From Nemertoderma westbladi (taxonomy: Eukaryota; Animalia; Xenacoelomorpha), in the NCBI GenBank assembly GCA_032718475.1, contig JAUCBJ010004174.1, positions 25,664 through 89,663 of the forward strand: a DNA stretch of 64,000 bases, written 5' to 3'. Positions within the stretch are counted from its first letter, which is position 1. The number at the start of each line of letters is the position of its first letter. Both the position numbers and the translations under genes were made by a program. The notes beneath the pieces were generated by a model that was given only the letters and a program-made list of their open reading frames with translations, was not told the DNA's origin and searched no databases. Positions 14,005 to 26,300 of the stretch are shown piece after piece.

Positions 14005-14309
14005 TTAAATAATAACTGCCATGTAAATAAATGTATAATAATAAATGTGAAATATCACCGGAGTCGCTTTATTAAACTATTGAGGCTAATGAATGAAAGC
14101 AAAAAATAAAATCATGGCTCACCCAGTAAGTGGTCGGGAAGTGAAACTATCTGTTTCAAATTTCATGCAATCTCATTAAGATTTGTAGAAAAGTATGGGG
14201 GAGGTTTTTGTATAACCTGTCCATCCGGACATAGTAAAATTATAGTAAAATACTTCATTATTGTTGTCGTGGTGGACTAAGTGCTGCGGACATCTCTCTA
14301 TATACATAG

Positions 14310-15800
14310 TGTTACTACTACTACTACTACTACACAATCGGCCTGCTGCAATGAAGCTGCACGCACATTGAGATTCTATGCGGCTTAACAAAAATATATA
14401 TGCCACCACCATGCACCACATGCAATGCGCATTAAGAATGCTATGCCGGATTTTCAACAAAATTGCACCGCCACAACTCCCTATCGCCCATGACTTTCGC
14501 GAGATTATCCGCATCTTCAAGGCCACTGTCCTTTCGTAGGCGTCTCAAGAAAGTCATGGGCTGTCCACCATGCTTATTTTCTCCATGGGACTGCCAAAGC
14601 ACAAGATAGATTGTGCACAAACTGGTCCTCACGGCGAAAGCAATGTCCTGCAAACCGGAGGCGGCTTTGTTTAAGTGTCAAGCTTGGGGAACCAATGACA
14701 CCTCCAATGTTATACTACTACTACTAGGATCGGCATGCTGCATTGCAGCTGCATTTTTAAGAATGCTGTGCCGGCTTGTCAACAAAATTGCACCGCCACA
14801 ACTCCCTATCACCCATGACATTTGCTAGATCATCCGCATCTTTAAGGCCAGTGTCCTTTAAGATGCGTCTCAAGAAAGTCATGGGCTGCCCACCATGCTT
14901 ATTCACTCCATGAGGCTGCCAAAGTACAAGATTATACACTGGCTGGTCCTCATGGCGAAAGCAATGTCCTGCAAAGCGGAGGCGATTTTGTTTTAGTGTC
15001 AAGCTTGGGGGAACCAATGAGACACCTCCAATGTTATATAGTGTCTGGTTGGAGATGTGATGAGAAGTGGCAACGGATGATGCCGTTAGAGATTTGGTCT
15101 ATTTTGTCCAATGCTGCATGTGCAGTTGGATTCATCAATAGACCAATTCCACCATTGCCACTATCATCTGCTGACGCGAGGGCGAGTCGCCAACCGCCCC
15201 CCATGTCCTTAATCAGAACCTCATCAGTCTGTCCAGTCTGCATTCGGTGCTCTTGAACACCCACTGCGCTAAGAGAAAGCTTATCTGCCAAGGCAGTCAG
15301 CTCACCTTGTCGCATTGGGGACCCGAGTGTTAGGGTGTTTACTGAGGCTAGTCTTGTGACTTGCCTCAGATTCACCAATGGCTTTGTTGGTCGGGGTGGA
15401 ACATGAGTTATAGTGTTATAGTGTCTGGTTGGAGATGTGTGCATTGTACTTGACAAAGTGAACCCGACGTAGCATTTTTTGTATCCAAAGATTTGATGTC
15501 CTCAGCAGTTGTAGCCCAGCTTGGACTCCCATAGAGGATAACTGGTACTTCTGCTGCTCTAAATAATCGGAAAGCCCATTCAATGCTGCCCATGTCTTTC
15601 CGTTACGTATTCGAAGGTCCTCACCTGACTTCCGGATCCATGATCCCAGGTAACAGAAGTCGTCCATATTCTCAAGCGTACCACCCTTAGAGCTTATACT
15701 CATACAATCAGACATTTCCTGAGGACTTTAAAAGTTAGCTGTCAAAATTTTGGTCTCCCTCTAGTGATTCTGAGAGTACTCCGAAGTCATCCGCAAAGTT
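14310..15800 (-). mobile_element. Cluster of truncated and rearranged non-LTR retrotransposon (RTE-like LINE) copies: 3' ends with (TAG)n tails, RT C-terminus, APE endonuclease fragment
   Basis: RLRFAGHCFR, DDFCYLGSWI, RLASVNTLTL...VGVQEHR...GGIGLL motifs; matches the copy at 60537-61985. Confidence 0.85.
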
Positions 15801-16360
15801 CTGCTACCTTGGATCATGGGTTCGTAGGTCAGGTGAAGATCTCCGAATTCGCAAAGAAAGCCTGATCTGCCGTCCACAAGCTATCCAGGACATGGAAGAG
15901 CTGTGTTATCTCATGCTCTTTAAAAGTACGCCTTTTCTGTGCTGCTCTATGGCAGCCTTTGCTGGGCTCTTGTAGACACCAGATATCTGGACTGGATGGT
16001 ACAGATATCAGTATGCTGCACAGGGTGCACATTTTTACTGCACAACATTGTCTATTGTGCACGCATAAGCAATGAGGCGTTATACAGCTATTAACCAAAA
16101 TCACCCTGTAGAGACGCAGCCAGAAGTTTGATGTGCACTGTTTTCGCCGGCAGGATCAACCTGTACACAACCTTGTGATGTGGTCTGTTGGTGAGAATAG
16201 GCGTGATAGGCAGCCACTGACTTTCCTCTAACACCTGCTCAAGGAGGCCGGACTTGAGAACAGGGTTGAGAACTAGGAAAGTGTATGACTGACCGTGAGA
16301 TCTGGGGGCTCTATGTTGCTGGGCCAGCCGATACTGAACCGATGCTGCTTATGTTGCTGT
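15800..16360 (+). mobile_element. Degenerate 3' fragment of the same LINE family in the opposite orientation
   Basis: TTCTGCTACCTTGGATCATGG (FCYLGSW) followed by 3' sequence similar to 61410-61930. Confidence 0.7.
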
Positions 16361-17205
16361 AGTGACGGATAGGGGATATAGATCAAAACACCCCCCCCCC
16401 CCCCCCCCTCCCCCCCTCCCCGCTGCCTATAAACAATACCAAACTGGCTTCTACTAGTAAGTAGTACAAATAGGCAGATACGATGATTAGTGAAGTGAGA
16501 GAGAGAGGATAATGAATAAACATAGTAGATATCAACTAACTAACAAGCAATGCAACAATGTTACACAGTGTGATAAAGATTTATTATAAGATACGTGAAA
16601 TTAATTATATTAGTTGAAAGAAAGAAACGTTAGTATCTATAAACTAAATATAAACACAAAATATTTAAAAATAATTAGAAAATAAATAGCTGAATGCAAT
16701 GAACTGCGACATGTTCGAGTTGTTAAGGCATTCCGAGTTGTATTCGAGTTTGGTGAGAAACTTGCAACGATTGTGACGTCAGACAGTCCATGCACATTGA
16801 GACAGTAAAGCGAATTAGTAGAATGAAATAGTTGTTAACATGAACTATGAGCACATGAACCATGTATAACTCACGAGCTTGAACTGGATATTGAGTGTTT
16901 ATCAGCAGCTGTAGTAACAAAAAATAACAATTTTACTATAAATAAGTTATATATTATATTACTGAACACAAATCGTAATGCTGGAACTTACTTAAAAATA
17001 TTGTTTTACCATGGCACCTGGAATTCATACACAAAACATCAGTTTCTAAAAATCCTACGGTGTTCTAACTTTGACCCTTTGCCAAATAGGGGGCATGTAA
17101 TGGGTATAATGAGGACGTATTTCTCACAATTTATATTCCAGGATTATAAAGTACCATTATTGACTTCCTGTTGACATTATCAACAGTAAAATATATATGA
17201 AACAG

Positions 17206-17378
17206 TTATTGAACATTGGTAGCGGTAGGAGCAGAAAGTAACGAACGTTTATGTCTCTGGGCATCTGTTGGGTCATCTTTGGAAATACGTTGAATAATTG
17301 ATTGCTTAACATCATCAGGGATATCATTTTCCGATGCGGTCACACTACTAGTCGCACTGGAATAGGTTAGGTCAGTAT
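17206..17378 (-). CDS. ERICH3: ERICH3-like terminal coding exon
   Basis: Acceptor CTTGCTTTCTGTAG, phase 1 matches the donor at 18014; stop TAA at 17206. Confidence 0.7.
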
Positions 17379-20300
17379 CTACAGAAAGCAAGAAGTATAG
17401 AAAACAGAGGTAAAACAAGTGAGTGTTAGTGGGACAATGAATTCAGAAGAGTTAAAACATTTTATAAACTTACTGTATGGAACTAATTCTAAACAATCGC
17501 GTCGAAAAAATTTTGGGTCGGCCAAATGTCTTTTTGCCATTTTTTACTTATGAAACCTCTGTACACATTTTCTGTTCTACTTTTGAAATGAAACCTTGAG
17601 CTCTCTCATGGTACGAAAAGGTGGATTCTGTGAACCGGGCCAATTTACATTTTACGTAGCTACCAAGCTGAAATGTGAGTATAAGAAGAGCCACACCGTC
17701 ACACCCGCCCAAGCTTCAACAGGAAAGGCATATAAAAGGAGCATTCGGGTTGTTTCTGGTATTTCGGAGCCAAAAGAAAGAGAAGCCTACTGGTCATCTC
17801 TATATTCGCGTTTCACATGTATAGTTGCATCCAAATCAGGCCAGACACAGTTTTAGGGGACTGTATATTATTTGGATTTTGTATCTAGTCAAACCACCAG
17901 GAGCGAGTTCATAGTAAAACAAAATTACATTTCAAATTGAATAATAAAAATGGTACTTCGACAATGGGATTAAGGCTAAGATAATTTTAGGACAATCAAT
18001 TAATCTGGAATACCTGAGCACGATGCCTCGTTTTTCTCGTCGTATGTTGTACGTTTATTCTTCAACCATTCCGCCGTTTTCTCTTTACGGAGGATCATTG
18101 CAGCGGTCGATGGTGACACTTCATCAACAGCACATAGGTCATTAACTTGGTCTTCATTCACGGACAGCTTAGAATCGAACATGTTGCTTTTGGCTGACTT
18201 ATCAGAATGGCGTCTACTTTTCGCTGACTTGTCAGAATCACGTCTTCTTTTGGCTGATTTGTCAGAATCACGTCTAGTTTTGTCTGATTTGTTAGAATCG
18301 CGTCTACTTTTGGCTGACTTGTCAGAATCACGTCTAGTTTTGTCTGATTTGTTAGAATTGCGTCTACTTTTGGCTGACTTATCAGAATCGCGTCTAGTTT
18401 TGTCTGATTTGTTAGAATTGTGTCTACTTTTGACTGACTTGTCAGAATCACGTCTAGTTTTGTCTGATTTGTTAGAATTGCGTCTAGTTTTGTCTGATTT
18501 GTTAGAATCGCGTCTATTTTTGGTTGATTTATCAGATTCGCGTCTAGTTTTGGCGGATTTATCATTTTGGCGTATACTGTACTGGGATTTGCCAGAATCG
18601 CGTCTGCTTGTGGCTGATTTCACCGATTCCAATTCCTTATTGACTGACTGTGCGGATGGTATGGATTCAGGCCTTACAATCTCTTTACTATCATTCACGC
18701 CCAACGATACCGGTTTGCTGCTGCCGGCTGACATCACAGATGGTATGGATTGCGGCCTAACGACATCCCACTTATCCGTGGCCGATGCATTGCCGAAGCT
18801 GCAAGTGTCCTCGGTCCCGATAACATCCTCACTAACGTAATTGTTGGGGACGTTTGTGACAGACCCAACAATACTGCTTACTACTTCCTCTAAGCTATAA
18901 TTATCATTTATTTCCTCTGCAAGAGATTCTTCCTTACAGGTTTTAATATCCTCTGCATCAGAATCATCTTTGGCGGATGCAATATCCTCTGGAAGAGAAT
19001 CAACAGTCGTATCCATATCCTCAGCAATACCACCTTCTTCACTTCTTAAATCAATCTCTTTCACAGACTTCTCATAGGTATTTTCGTAAGAATCATCGTC
19101 TGGCTTGTCTATTTCTCTGACTTTCGAAATTTCTTCAAAAGTTTCTGAGTAATCTTCACTATCAACTTGTTCCAAAGCAGTATCCAAACCATCCTGTGAG
19201 TTTTTTCCTCCTTTGCTGCTTAAAAATGAATCATCGTGTGCATCTTCGCGAGCACTAAGACTGCCACAATTATCTTCAATTTGATCCATAATATCCATTC
19301 TTTTAGAGCCTATGGCAGTTAAGTAAAAGGGACGATAATATAAAATACAACAAGAAAATACTGACATTAATCACATTAAAATTAAAACAAATACACGACA
19401 AATAATTGAAAACACTACATAATAAAGCAAAATAAATTAGCTATAAGTAATATTGGGAACGTGAAAAACAGTTATATTAAGAAAGATAATAAAACAAAAC
19501 AGGAAATTTAAATAGCAGACCATTTGAGGGTACGATTAAATAACTGGAGTTTACAAACCTTTCTGGGTTTCTTCGTGATCGCTATCAAATGATTCCTTGT
19601 CGTAATCGTCCTTGTCGTCTTCAACCTGAAACAATATTAACTGCTACTGAATGTGTTTACAAATTACTTATCGCAATTTTATAGCAAAATTATATTAAAA
19701 GATAATTCAGGTCAATAAATGTAAGCGGATTCAATTCCGATGCATTATCCACCCGAGAATGGGACCTGTGGCATTTTATCAATATAGTTGGGGATACGAG
19801 ATTACCAATAATAATCTCGCCTCATAACCAACTTTGGGGGGGGGGGGGGGGGGGGCGACACAAGCCCTAAAGCCACAGAGAGAGGTGAGAGGTCAAACCA
19901 CCTCGGAGGGAGAACACAGCTAGTAGAGGCTAGCGGCGGGGGGAAACACTCACAGGGAGTGCCAAAGTGACAATTAGTATATTAGCCAATAGCAGGGGGG
20001 GAAGCACGTGAACAGAGATAGGAAAGCATCCACTGGGTACAGAAGGCCAAGTAGAGTAAGAGGTGAAACCAATATCTGTGTGTATCAATCATATATTATT
20101 CTGTATTACTGATTTACCGGTCAGCTCATTAATCACAGAGTTGCAGACCGGTCATAATTTATGACCGTCACAGCCACCAACATCACCAATTAATATCTGT
20201 GTCGGAAGATTAATAGGTCTACTGAGAAACACAAACTCTATTATTTTCCCCGACGGCCTTCAGCCAAAATGACTATAGTACAACAGCCCCAGCAGAACGG

Positions 20301-23300
20301 TGATGCGTACTTAATCTAACCTGGTCGGGATCTACAATCCTGTCACAGTCATAAACTGCCACCTACAACTGACACTGTGACCGCAACACCAGACAAAGAT
20401 GAGCGAACAGGAGCCCCGACAGTCAGAGGGAGAAAGATCGCCGCCGCGGACCCCGGACGACACCACCCAAACGATCCAAGAGGCCGCGACGAGACGGTAT
20501 CGGCCTGCCACGCCGGATTTGCCAACGAGGGACGATCCGGCTATCCAAGCGGAGGGCGGCCGTCAACTACGAGGGAGACGCACGACGACGACGGCGGTCG
20601 GATTACCGAAGTCGCCGGCCAGCCACAGGCCGAGGGCGATGGACGGCCCACCAGAACGGCAATGGTGGGGCCGCCGGTACGACGTCGGACGAAGAGAGAA
20701 GGTAGAGTCGACAAAGAGGACGTCGGGACGAGTGATCGGCTACGCAGGGCCTACAACACCACAAAGAAACTACTCAAAGAGGCTAAGGAAGGGAGAAAGG
20801 TAGACCAGTCTAAACTATGCCAGAGGCTAGGTGAGTCGAATAAACATTTTCGTTATTTGGTCCGTTTTGGACAGCGAGAACTGGTGAGTGAGAGAGCGAG
20901 GGGGGTCGTCACGGAACTGTTTGAATTGTGGCGGTCCGGGGTAATGGAGCCAGACGTAGTGTATGTAGGGCCTTACTAGTGGATGCTAGGGGAATTAAGC
21001 TAGTGGGATGGGCGGACCCGCACGACGGCGAACCCGAGGTTAACCCCGAGGATTCGGTGTTATCAGTTAGCGAGAACCCCAGAAAGCGGGGGAAAGTTAG
21101 TAGGACAGAGAGGCGACGGGAGTCCGTCGCGACCGATAAGTCCGCTACATCCTCTGCGAATACAAGAAGGGCGTTAGAGATAGATCTGGCGTGTCAACTA
21201 GACATTGTGGCGCTGGATCAGAAGGAGTTGGAGAGGCAACTAGACGAGGGAACCGCATTATTAGAGAGAGAGAGAGAGTTAGCGAGGGAATGTAGAGAGA
21301 GAGCTGAGAGGGTGGCGAGAGTGTGGCGAGAAACTGCAGGGAGCGGGAGGAAAGAGAGATGAGTGAGCGTAAAGAGCGCGAGGAATGGGAGGCGAAAGTA
21401 GAAAACGAGCGTAGAGAGCAAGAGGCAAAAGTAGAAAACGAGCGTAGAGAGTGAGAGGCAAGAGAAGTAAACGAGCGTAGAGAGCGAGAGGCGAGGGAGG
21501 CAGAATTAGCAAACCAAAGTTTGAGAGAGGACAGAGAGAGAGAGCGGGAAAGCGTATGCGGGATGATATGCATACCCGGTTGAGGGGGCTTATGCAATAC
21601 CAGGCGAAGCAAAAGCGCCGGTTGGAACTGGCGAAGTTGGGATTATCGGAGAGTGAGGCTGGTTCAGGTAGTATTTACGAGGAACTGGATGTAATGGAAA
21701 CCTTTGTTAATACCCCACTTACAGGTACCAGACCACAGACCCAGGACTGGTGTAACCGTACGGGCGGGGGGAGGGGGGGGGGGGTAATAATAATACGTTA
21801 GAAGGAGTTAATATTAATAGTACCGTAACAGACAACCCTAATCAAACCTTTGTTGCAGTAAATAATTAGCAAGTCGTTAGACTTGATTACTGTAAGAATT
21901 GTTGGCTGATTGATTGACTGGCTGGCTGGCTGACTGACTGACTGATCTACAGCCAAAGCTACTCTAACGATTTTTATGAAATTTTCACAGCAGCTAGATA
22001 CCGCGATTCTAAGGTCCCTGGCATGATCGGCTACTCCGTCCATAGCCTCTGGGCTCGAAAAATAGACGTAAACGAAAAAACGCCATAGGCGCAATGGTAG
22101 AATAACACAAATGACAGCTGGTGTCCTGACGAAAAATGGCTTATGTAATGCATTTCAACACAAGGCTTAGTAATAAATCGATGAGGTTGCCAAGATTATT
22201 ATACTTAGTACACCCATACTGTTTGTTTAGGCCCTAGGACACTCTGTCAAAGCAAATATTAACTGGTTGATTTAGTTTGTGGTTCTACACAGGCTTAGTA
22301 TAAATCGGTGAGGCTGCCAACTGGTTGGTTTAGTTTGCAATCTATTACCGCCTCAGCTGATAACTCTTCCCCCTGCTGAATGACTGTTAGGTACAGTGTA
22401 TTGGCTACATTAATGCCAACATTAATACAGTGGAAGCTGTATACTTATAAGGTGGAATGTTTACTCAGCCTTATACTGATACTCTCTCTGTAAGGCTAAG
22501 ACTAACATTATAGTTTGAAATATAAAAATCACTGCATCAGGTTTCAGGTTACACACTGTGGCTAAGGCGGAATGTTTACTCAGCCTCATACTGATAATTT
22601 GTAAGGCTAACACTAACATTCAAAATGTTTTGTAAGGTGAATGACATTTATCGGCTATGATTATTCTCTGGTTACTCACTCTGCTAATGTAAGCTGAATG
22701 ACTATTACACAGTGTGTTGGCTACAGTAATGCCAACATTAATACTGTGGAGACTGTATGTTTATAAAAGTGTATGTTTAATCAGCCACATAATATGATTC
22801 TCCATAGGCTAACATTATAGTTTTAAATGTAAAAATCAATGCTTATTATCTTATCAGGTTACACACTGTGGCATTCAATTCCAAATGTTTTATAGGTGAA
22901 CGGCATTTAGAATGAATGAAATGTATAGAGATGGCCTAGTAATGTTATTCAATAGAGGAATGGCCAACTAATTACATCTCAACTCAACTCGAGCGAGTGT
23001 AGATCGCATTGTTTGTACAGGACAAACAAACCTCGTCTGTCATAGACAGAGTGTAAGGCATAGAACAATTACACCATCTGGTTTGGCAACTAAATTCCTT
23101 TGTCCTACCTACCGCGTAGCTCAGCATTAGTTGAATGGACAGAACTCTCCACACCATCTGGTGTATAAACTAAAATACATTGTGTCTAATTGTTTATTTA
23201 TAAATCTTTTGGCCAACATTAATACTGTGGAGACTATGTTTATAAAAGTGTATGCTTAATCAGCCACATAATATGATTTTCCATAGGCTAACATTATAGT

Positions 23301-26300
23301 TTGAAATGTAAAAATCAATGCTTAATATCTGTATCAGGTTACACACTGTGGCATTAAAAATGTTTTATAGGTGAATGGCTTTTAGCGGCTTCCCTTCAGA
23401 CCATAGACAAACATTGTTAAGGAAATTTACTTTAGTTTACTCTACTGTGCCATTCAGGTGAATGGATTTGAGTAATTGCCAAGTTACAGTGTGGAATCTC
23501 TCTCTCTGACCATAGGTAAATAACACTTTCCTTCAGACCATAGGCAAACATTGTTGATGGAATTTACATTTGATTGATGACTTCCGACTTCTTAACGGCG
23601 TCTTGACGCCGTCTCTAGTTAGGAACCGAGAGGTTCATTACTGTAAGAATTGCTCGAGACTGGCTGGCTGACTGACTGACTGACTAATCTACAGCCAAAA
23701 CTACTCTAACGATTTTGATGGAATTTTCACAGCGGCTAGATACCGCGATTCTAAGGTCCCTGGTATGTTCCACTATTTCGTCCATGAGCCGTGGGCTCGA
23801 AAAATAGACATAAACGAAAAAACGCCATAGGCGCAATGGTAAAATAACACCCATGACAGCTGGTGTCGTGATGAAAAATGGCTTATGTAATGCATTTCTA
23901 CAGAAGGCTTAGTAATAAATCGATGAGGTTGCCAAGATTATTATACTCAGTACACCCATACTGTTTGTATAGGCCACCACTCTCTGTCAAAGCAAACATT
24001 ATGAACTGGTTGGTTTAGTTTGAAATCTAATATCGCCTCAGCTGAATTACTCTTCCCAATGCAATCTATGGTAATATCTCACTCTGCTAATGTAAGCTGA
24101 ATGACTGTTACGTACACAGTGAGTTGGCTACATTAATGCCAACATTATTGCAAAATGTTTTATTGTTGGATTACTCTCTGTCAGTCACCCCTTCAGAACA
24201 TTGTATAGGGAATTTACTTTAGTTTACTCTACTGTGCCATTCAGCTGAATGGATTTGAGCGATTGCCAAGTTACAGAGTTGGATCATTCTCTGACCATGG
24301 GCAAAGACATCAAATCTTTTTAAAAATATACTTTTTCCATGTTTTTTTTCTGACCAAAAATTTCAAAAAAAAATTTTTCGTAGCCAGTACTGCCAATCGA
24401 TTCGCCATCAAAAATAACGCAAAAAATTTTTTTTGCAAAATTTTAAATTACTGTAAATTTTTGGCGACTGGGGGGGGTCAATTTTTTTCGATCCGCTATA
24501 ACTCCGGAACGCTTTGTCCAAATTCGATGGGGTTTTCATTTTTCAACTTAATTAGATGTCCTCTTTCAGCCTATCCATGTTTCCAAACCCCAAACAGCGC
24601 CGTTCAAAAAATAATTTTTTCCAGTTCTAGAATTTTACAAATTTCAAAAAAGTTTCAGTATTTTATTAACGCCTTTACGGAATTCGATAGCGTTTTCGAT
24701 TTTTATATTAAACGCAATATCCTGAATCTCACTAGCATAGTTTCGCGTCACCAACGCCAAGACTTCATACTTTTTGAGGAAAATTTTTCTAGAATAATTT
24801 TTATTAAATTACATTTATCGCGATTTCTTATTACTGGTTGCACATGAATTGATGGAGTTTTCAATTTATTAACTAAACACGATATCGCGCATCGCACCAG
24901 CGTGGTTTCGAAATTCCAAAACGAGGTCTTCACTAGTTTCAGGTCGATTTTGTTCTAGAATTGAGCAACTAATAATATATCGAATTTATTAATAATTATT
25001 GTATGAGATATGATTGTATTTTTACATAATTATTAGTTCTATACTAATTCTCGTTGTCTCTTTTATTTAAAATAAAAAGTCGGTTCCTTATCGGGCCGCT
25101 AGGCCCGTCACTAGTTAGGAACCGAGAGGTTCATTACTGTAAGAATTGTTTGCTGACTGACTGGCTGGCTGACTGACTGGCTGGCTGATCTACAGCCAAA
25201 ACTACTCTAACGATTTTGATGAAATTTTCACAGCGGCTAGATACCGCGATTCTAAGGTCCCTGGTATGTTCCGCTATTTCGTCCATGAGCCGTGGGCTCG
25301 AAAAATAGACATAAACGAAAAAACGCCATAGGCGCAATGGTAAAATAACACCAATGACAGCTGGTGTCCTGATGAAAAATGGCTTATGTAATGCATTTCT
25401 ACAGAAGGCTTAGTAATAAATCGATGAGGTTGCCAAGATTATTATACTCAGTACACCCATACTGTTTGTTTAGGCCCTGCACTCTCTGTCAAAGCAAATA
25501 TTAACTGGTTGATTTAGTTTGAAATCTAATATCGCCTCAGCTGAATTACTCTTCCCAATGCAATCTATGGGAATATCTCACTCTGCTAATGTAAGCTGAA
25601 TGACTGTTACGTACACAGTGAGTTGGCTACATTAATGCCAACATTATTGCAAAATGTTTTATTGTTGGATTACTCTCTGTCAGTCTCCCCTTCAGAACAT
25701 TGTATAGGGAATTTACTTTAGTTTACTCTACTGTGCCATTCAGCTGAATGGATTTGAGCGATTGCCAAGTTACAGAGTTGGATCATTCTCTGACCATAGG
25801 CAAAGACATCAAATCTTTTTAAAAATATACTTTTTCCATGTTTTTTTTTCTGACCAAAAATTTCAAAAAAAATTTTTTCGTAGCCAGTACTGCCAATCGA
25901 TTCGCCATCAAAAATAACGCAAAAAATTTTTTTTGCAAAATTTTAAATTACTGTAAATTTTTGGCGACTGGGGGGGGTCAATTTTTTTCGATCCGCTATA
26001 ACTCCGGAACGCTTTGTCCAAATTCGATGGGGTTTTCATTTTTCAACTTAATTCGATGTCCTCTTTCAGCCTATCCATGTTTCCAAACCCCAAACAGCGC
26101 CGTTCAAAAATTAATTTTTTCCAGTTCTAGAATTTTACAAATTTCAAAAAAGTTGCAGTATTTTATTAACGCCTTTACGGAATTCGATAGCGTTTTCGAT
26201 TTTTATATTAAACGCAATATCCTGAATCTCACTAGCCTAGTTTCGCGTCACCAATGCCAAGACTTCATACCTTTTGAGGAAAATTTTTCTAGAATAATTT

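Noticed and set aside
18181-18840. Plus-strand Leu-rich repeat ORF
   Set aside because: It is the antisense shadow of the 30-bp coding repeat in the spliced ERICH3-like exon.
19720-20350. Firm call of a BEL 5' LTR and primer-binding site
   Set aside because: A TGT start is present, but there is no second LTR in the window to confirm the boundaries.
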